From Histomonas meleagridis 2922-C6/04-290x (Eukaryota > Protista > Parabasalia), in contig JAANOX010000269.1 of the NCBI GenBank assembly GCA_020184695.1, positions 124,001 to 188,000 on the forward strand: a stretch of DNA of 64,000 nt, read 5' to 3'. The notes under the pieces are model-generated. The model was given only the letters and a program-made list of their open reading frames with translations. It was not told the origin of the DNA and made no database searches. Positions 58,533 through 64,000 of this stretch are shown piece after piece; position 1 is the stretch's first letter, and each line of letters begins with the position of its first letter. Both the position numbers and the translations under genes were made by a program.

Positions 58533-58616
58533 ATAAATAAAACAAAATAATATTTGAAATTTTATTAAAGTCACTTCTGTGCGTGATAACAAAGAAGTTT
58601 ATTTATCTAATGTTTA

Positions 58617-61600
58617 TTAGCAAATGATGCATTTATCTTTTTTAATATCTTTAGCATTAACATCAATTCCTTTTTGTTCAAGAAGTAATTTAACGATTTC
58701 TTTATGATCATAATAAGATGAAATCATAAGTGCTGTATTAAGTATTTCAAATGATTTCCAAATATTATTTAGAAATTTTAAATTATTAAAATAAATATTA
58801 AATAAAACAAATAAATATCTTTAGCATTAATATTAATTCCTTCTTGTTCAAGAAGTAATTTAACGATTTCTGTATGACCATTCCAGGATGCATAAATGAG
58901 TGCTGAATATAATATTTTAAATTATTTCCAAATATTATTTTGAAATATAAAATTATTAAAATAAATTTTAAATAAAACAAATAAATATCTTGAGCATTAA
59001 TATCAATTCCTTCTTGTTCAAGAAGTAATTTAACTATTTCTAATTTACCAATTTCAGATGCGAAAATAAGTGCTGTATTAAATAATTTAAATAATTTCCA
59101 AATATTATTTAGAAATTTTAAATTATTAAAATAAATATTAAATAAAGCAAATAAATATCTTTAGCATTAATATCAATTCCTTTTTGTTCAAGAAGTAATT
59201 TAACTATTTCTAATTTACCATATATTAATGCAAACATAAGTGCTGTATTAAATAATTTAAATAATTTCCAAATATTATTTTGAAATATAAAATTATTAAA
59301 ATAAATTACATCTTTAGCATTAATATCAATTCCTTTTTGCTTAAGAAGTAATTTAACTACTTCTAATTTACCATTTTCTGATGCTAACATAAGTGCTGTT
59401 CGAAATAATTTAAATAATTTCCAAATATTATTTTGTAATATCAAATTATTAAAATAAATTTTAAATATAACAAATAAATATCTTTAGCATTAACATCGAT
59501 TCCTTTTTGTTCAAGAAGAAATTTAAAGATTTCTGTACGACCATATATTAATGCTAACATAAATGCTGTTCGAAATAATTTAAATAATTTCCAAATATTA
59601 TTTTGAAATATAAAATTATTAAAATAAATATTAAATAAAACAAATGAATATCTTTATCATTAATATCAATTCCTTTTTGTTCAAGAAGTAATTTAGCGAT
59701 TTCTAATTTACCATTTTCTGATGCTAACATAAATGCTGTTTCAAATATTTCAAATAATTTCCAAATATTATTTTGAAATATAAAATTATTAAAATAAATA
59801 GTAAAACAACCGAATACATATTTTTAGCATTAATATCAATTCCTTTTTGTTCAAGAAGAAATTTAACTATTTCTGGATGACCATTTTTAGATGCTAACAT
59901 AAATACTGTTCGAAATATTTCAAATAATTTCCAAATATTATTTTGAAATATAAAATTATTAAAATAAATAGTAAAACAACCGAATACATATTTTTAGCAT
60001 TAATATCAATTCCTTTTTGCTTAAGAAGTAATTTAACTATTTCTAATTTACCATTTTCTGATGCTAACATAAATGCTGTTCGAAATAATTTAAATAATTT
60101 CCAAATATTATTTTGAAATACAGAATTATTAAAATAAATTTTAAATAAAACAAATAAATATCTTTAAAATTAATATCAATTCCTTTTTGTTCAAGAAGAA
60201 ATTTAACTATTTCTAATTTACCATTTTCTGATGCTAACATAAATGCTGTTCGAAATAATTTAAATAATTTCCAAATATTATTTTGAAATATCAAATTATT
60301 AAAATAAATATTAAATAAAACGAATACATATTTTTAGCATTAATATCAATTCCTTTTTGCTTAAGAAGAAATTTAACTATTTCTAATTTACCATTTTCCG
60401 ATGCTAACATAAATGCTGTTCGAAATAATTTAAATAATTTCCAAATATTATTTTGAAATATAAAAATATTAAAATAAATTTTAAATATAACAAATAAATA
60501 GTTTTAGCATTAATATCAATTCCTTTTTGTTCAAGAAGTAATTTAACTACTTCTAATTTACCATTTTCTGATGCTAACATAAATGCTGTTCTAAATAATT
60601 TAAATAATTTCCAAATATTATTTTGAAATAAAAAATTATTAATATAAATATCAAATAAAACAAATGAATATCTTTAGCATTGATATCAATTCCTTCTTGT
60701 CCAAGAAGAAATTTAACGATTTCTAATTTACCATTTTCTGATGCTAACATAAATGCTGTTCTAAATAATTTAAATAATTTCCAAATATTATTTTGAAATA
60801 TAAAATTATTAAAATAAATTTTAAATAAAACGAATACATATTTTTAGCATTAATATCAATTCCTTTTTGCTTAAGAAGAAATTTAACGATTTCTAATTTA
60901 CCATTTTTAGATGCTAACATAAATGCTGTTTCAAATATTTCAAATAATTTCCAAATATAATTTACAAACATCAAATTATCAAAAAAAATTTTAAATAAAA
61001 CAAATAAATATTTTTAGCATTGACATCAATTCCTTTTTGTTCAAGAAGTAATTGAATTATTTGTGGATGACCATTTTCTGATGCTAACATAAGTGCTGTA
61101 TTAAATATTTTAAAATATTTCCAAATATTATTTTGAAATATAAAATTTTTTATAAAAATTTTAAATAAAACAAATAAATATCTTTAGCATTAATATCAAT
61201 TCCTTTTTGTTCAAGAAGTAATTTAACTATTTCCTTGTGACCATTTTCTGATGCTAACATAAATGTTGTTCGAAATAATTTAAATAATTTCCAAATATTA
61301 TTTTGAAATATCAAATTATTAAAATAAATATTAAATAAAACAAATAAATATTTTTAGCATTAATATCAATTCCTTTTTGCTTAAGAAGAAATTTAACTAT
61401 TTCTGTATGACCATTTTGAGATGCACATATAAGTGCTGTTTCAAATAATTTAAATAATTTCCAAATATTATTTTGAAATATAAAATTATTAAAATAAATT
61501 TTAAATAAAACGAATACATATTTTTAGCATTAATATCAATTCCTTTTTGTCCAAGAAGAAATTTAACGATTTCTAATTTACCATTTTTAGATGCTAACAT

Positions 61601-61949
61601 AAATGCTGTTTCAAATATTTCAAATAATTTCCAAATATAATTTACAAACATCAAATTATCAAAAAAAATTTTAAATAAAACAAATAAATATTTTTAGCAT
61701 TGACATCAATTCCTTTTTGTTCAAGAAGTAATTGAACTATTTGTGGATGACCATTTTCTGATGCTAACATAAGTGCTGTATTAAATATTTTAAAATATTT
61801 CCAAATATTATTTTGAAATATAAAATTTTTTATAAAAATTTTAAATAAAACAAATAAATATCTTTAGCATTAATATCAATTCCTTCTTGTTCAAGAAGTA
61901 ATTTAACTATTTCTGTATGACCATTTGAAGATGCATGCAAAAGGACTTT
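58617..61949 (-). repeat. Ankyrin module/80-nt spacer array E: 20 modules, 19 spacers, period 170 bp, ending in CaaX
   Basis: Thr-position codons every 170 bp from 61949 to 58736, with one 153-bp step (63-nt spacer). The last module has no spacer and reads ...DVNAKDIKKDKCIIC*. Confidence 0.95.
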
Positions 61950-61968
61950 TGACAACGATTCTGTTTTT

Positions 61969-63435
61969 TTAAAAATTTGATATAAACTTCAAATCAAATG
62001 ATGAAACTTCTTTATTTATCTCAATTCCTTCACTTTCGATGTATGAAAAAATTTTGTTTTTGTTTCTCATTTTCATTTCTTTAAAGTTATATATTTCCCT
62101 TTTAACTTTATCAATAAATTTATTGCGAAGTGCTTCGTATTTGTCATTGTAACTTTTTTCGAATGTTTCGAATAAAATTACATTTTTTTGTTTTTCTTTA
62201 TCCCACATATCTTCAATCATTTCATCATTGATTTGATTTTTAATAATTTGATTTTTGATTGGTTCAAAATAATTTTTAATACTTTGTTCTGATAAAACAT
62301 TTGCTTCGAGTTCTTCAAGCTTTCCTTCAATCCAAACTTTAACTTCGTTTTGTATATTTGTTACAAATTCTTCAATAGCATTTGGTATTAACTTTTTATA
62401 TATTTCATTTTGTTGAATACATTTATTGATTCCTTCGCGTGCAAATGATTTATCATTAATAAATTTTATACATTTATTATAATCTAATTTCAAATCATTT
62501 ATATATTCCGTAATCATTTGTCTTGAATTTTCTTCAAAATTTGTTTTAAATGATGAATTAATTTGCTCAATTTGCTGATTTGAATCATTTAAATCGTTAA
62601 ACATTGTAAACAAAACTTTAATCATTTCACAAAGTAATTGACCATTTAATACATTTTCTTTATCCAAAATTTGCATCGTAATTTGTTTAAAAATTTTGTT
62701 TATTCTTTTCCAATAAAATTCAAGTTCGATATTATCATTTTCATCATTTGATACATATTCTGGAATAACTATAACTGATAAAAGTTTAGATATATCGAAA
62801 CCATTTCCAAATGATAAAATTTTTTCTCGCGTTTTTTCTGTCTGACTTTGAATATATTCTTTCATTCGATTTGAATCATTCTTAAATTTGTTCGGAATAT
62901 CTTTAAGTGTAATCAAAAGAATTGGCTGACAAATTTCTTTATCTGATATTGTTGGGAATATTTTCTTTATATAAGAACTATATTCAATGTTTTCTAATAC
63001 ATTTTGCATGGAAGAGCCATATGGAATATCTTCATTAACATAAATTGAGATAATAGAAACTTGCAGAAGTGTTAACAAAGAAATGTTTTCTGAAGGTAAA
63101 GCAGTGCCTTCTGTATCAATAAAGAATAAATCATTTTCGTTGTCATTAATTGATTTGATTTTCAATCTTTCTTGTAAATCTTTGATTTTAAATGGTCCGA
63201 TGATGTTGACATTCTTTGTAGGTTGGTCTTCAAATGCCCCTTCTTTGTTACAAAAATAATCACCACTTGGACCACTTATTAAATGATTTAAAAATGAAGT
63301 TTTTCCTGTTTGCGTTTTTCCATAAATAATAATAAGATTAGGTCTTTTAGATGAAGATAAAATATCTAAGGCCTTTGAGTTGATTGTAGGATTTTCATTT
63401 TCATATGTTATAAACGGAATTGGTTGCGGTAACAT
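61969..63435 (-). CDS. Guanylate-binding-protein/atlastin-like large GTPase, probably the N-terminal part of a GBP-ankyrin-CaaX gene
   Basis: IIIYGKTQTGKTSFLN, AF...T..V.I.GP, FFIDTEG, then a helical region; the stop lies 19 nt before the first module of array E. Confidence 0.8.
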   Translation of the reverse strand: MLPQPIPFITYENENPTINSKALDILSSSKRPNLIIIYGKTQTGKTSFLNHLISGPSGDYFCNKEGAFEDQPTKNVNIIGPFKIKDLQERLKIKSINDNENDLFFIDTEGTALPSENISLLTLLQVSIISIYVNEDIPYGSSMQNVLENIEYSSYIKKIFPTISDKEICQPILLITLKDIPNKFKNDSNRMKEYIQSQTEKTREKILSFGNGFDISKLLSVIVIPEYVSNDENDNIELEFYWKRINKIFKQITMQILDKENVLNGQLLCEMIKVLFTMFNDLNDSNQQIEQINSSFKTNFEENSRQMITEYINDLKLDYNKCIKFINDKSFAREGINKCIQQNEIYKKLIPNAIEEFVTNIQNEVKVWIEGKLEELEANVLSEQSIKNYFEPIKNQIIKNQINDEMIEDMWDKEKQKNVILFETFEKSYNDKYEALRNKFIDKVKREIYNFKEMKMRNKNKIFSYIESEGIEINKEVSSFDLKFISNF

Positions 63436-63622
63436 TTGTTAATAATATTATTCTCTAGAGAAGTTGGTTGTCAAAAAATGGCAAATTCGAATTCGTTTTC
63501 CGTTTAATGAAAGCTTTGGCCCTACTCAAATGATTTTATAAAAAAAGACTATTAATTCGTGATTAAATTAACTAAAGAAACTTTATTTACTTAGAAAAGA
63601 GTTTTCACACATGTAATAATTT

Positions 63623-64000
63623 TCATACCATAGTACGAAGAACCTTTATGGCTTCTGCTTCATTTCCATCATACATAACAAGAACCTGTGAGATCTCAAA
63701 GAAACTCAAAGTACCTCCAAATTCCCTTTGAATCTCTTCACTGATTTTGATCTTTTTTTTGGGTTCATTTTTCTTAATTTCATTCACGTCTTTCTCTAAA
63801 AGGAGAACAGCGGCATTGTTAAGATTGTTGTCTGCAATTTCAAGTGCTTTCCTGCATTCTTCGTCTGACGCTTCTAATATCAACTTTAACTTGTGAACTT
63901 CCCTTTGAGTAGAATTGCCTTCAACATTTCCTGCAAGCCTATATTGACCGTGTGTAGTTTCTGTGTTGTCTTGGTTTGTTGTTTGATCAACAGCGCTCAT
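63623..64000 (-). CDS. Small UBA-like domain protein (copy 2, protein identical to copy 1)
   Basis: Identical 125-aa translation to 33127-33504. Confidence 0.75.
   Translation of the reverse strand: MSAVDQTTNQDNTETTHGQYRLAGNVEGNSTQREVHKLKLILEASDEECRKALEIADNNLNNAAVLLLEKDVNEIKKNEPKKKIKISEEIQREFGGTLSFFEISQVLVMYDGNEAEAIKVLRTMV

Noticed and set aside
58617-61949. Spacers as canonical GT-AG introns (TT|GTTTT...AAACAG|CACTT)
   Set aside because: That 76-nt removal shifts the frame and deletes the conserved Thr. A GT-AG solution that keeps the frame exists only in the six units with TTT AGA ACA, and GT and AG are absent in many spacers.
58617-61949. Spacers as U12-type AT-AC introns (G|AT...AC|A)
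   Set aside because: The result is out of frame and there is no ATATCCTT consensus.
58617-61949. CRISPR array
   Set aside because: The period is 170 bp, both halves are homologous between units, one half encodes ankyrin, the context is eukaryotic and there are no cas genes.

Overview
Very AT-rich eukaryotic DNA, most likely from a parabasalid protist (Tritrichomonas/Trichomonas-like). Supporting signs are BspA-type LRR and DUF3447-like/ankyrin families, several Rab GTPases, and TCATT initiator plus M3/M5 promoter motifs. Ordinary genes: three Rabs, a Hrd1-like RING ligase, a neurobeachin-like N-terminal protein, BspA, UBR1-like, RasGAP-like/VPS9, B9D1, RPL18, RPS18, CCZ1-like, a duplicated UBA protein, a GBP-like GTPase and a 5574-aa talin-like protein with five tandem FERM heads. 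The standout is five independent ankyrin genes in which every repeat is cut at the same point, the beta-hairpin loop between 'NAKD' and 'TAL', by an AT-rich spacer. I count 44 spacers. Most are exactly 80 nt; the others are 26, 60, 63, 63, 83, 180, 183, 240 and 280 nt. They have no conserved GT-AG or parabasalid branch motif. The modules I translated are open, and each array ends in a proper terminal module and stop (one in a CaaX box). This points to non-canonical removal or skipping of the spacers (atypical splicing, ribosomal bypass or DNA-level cassette rearrangement). The pattern is seen in the sequence; the mechanism is inference.
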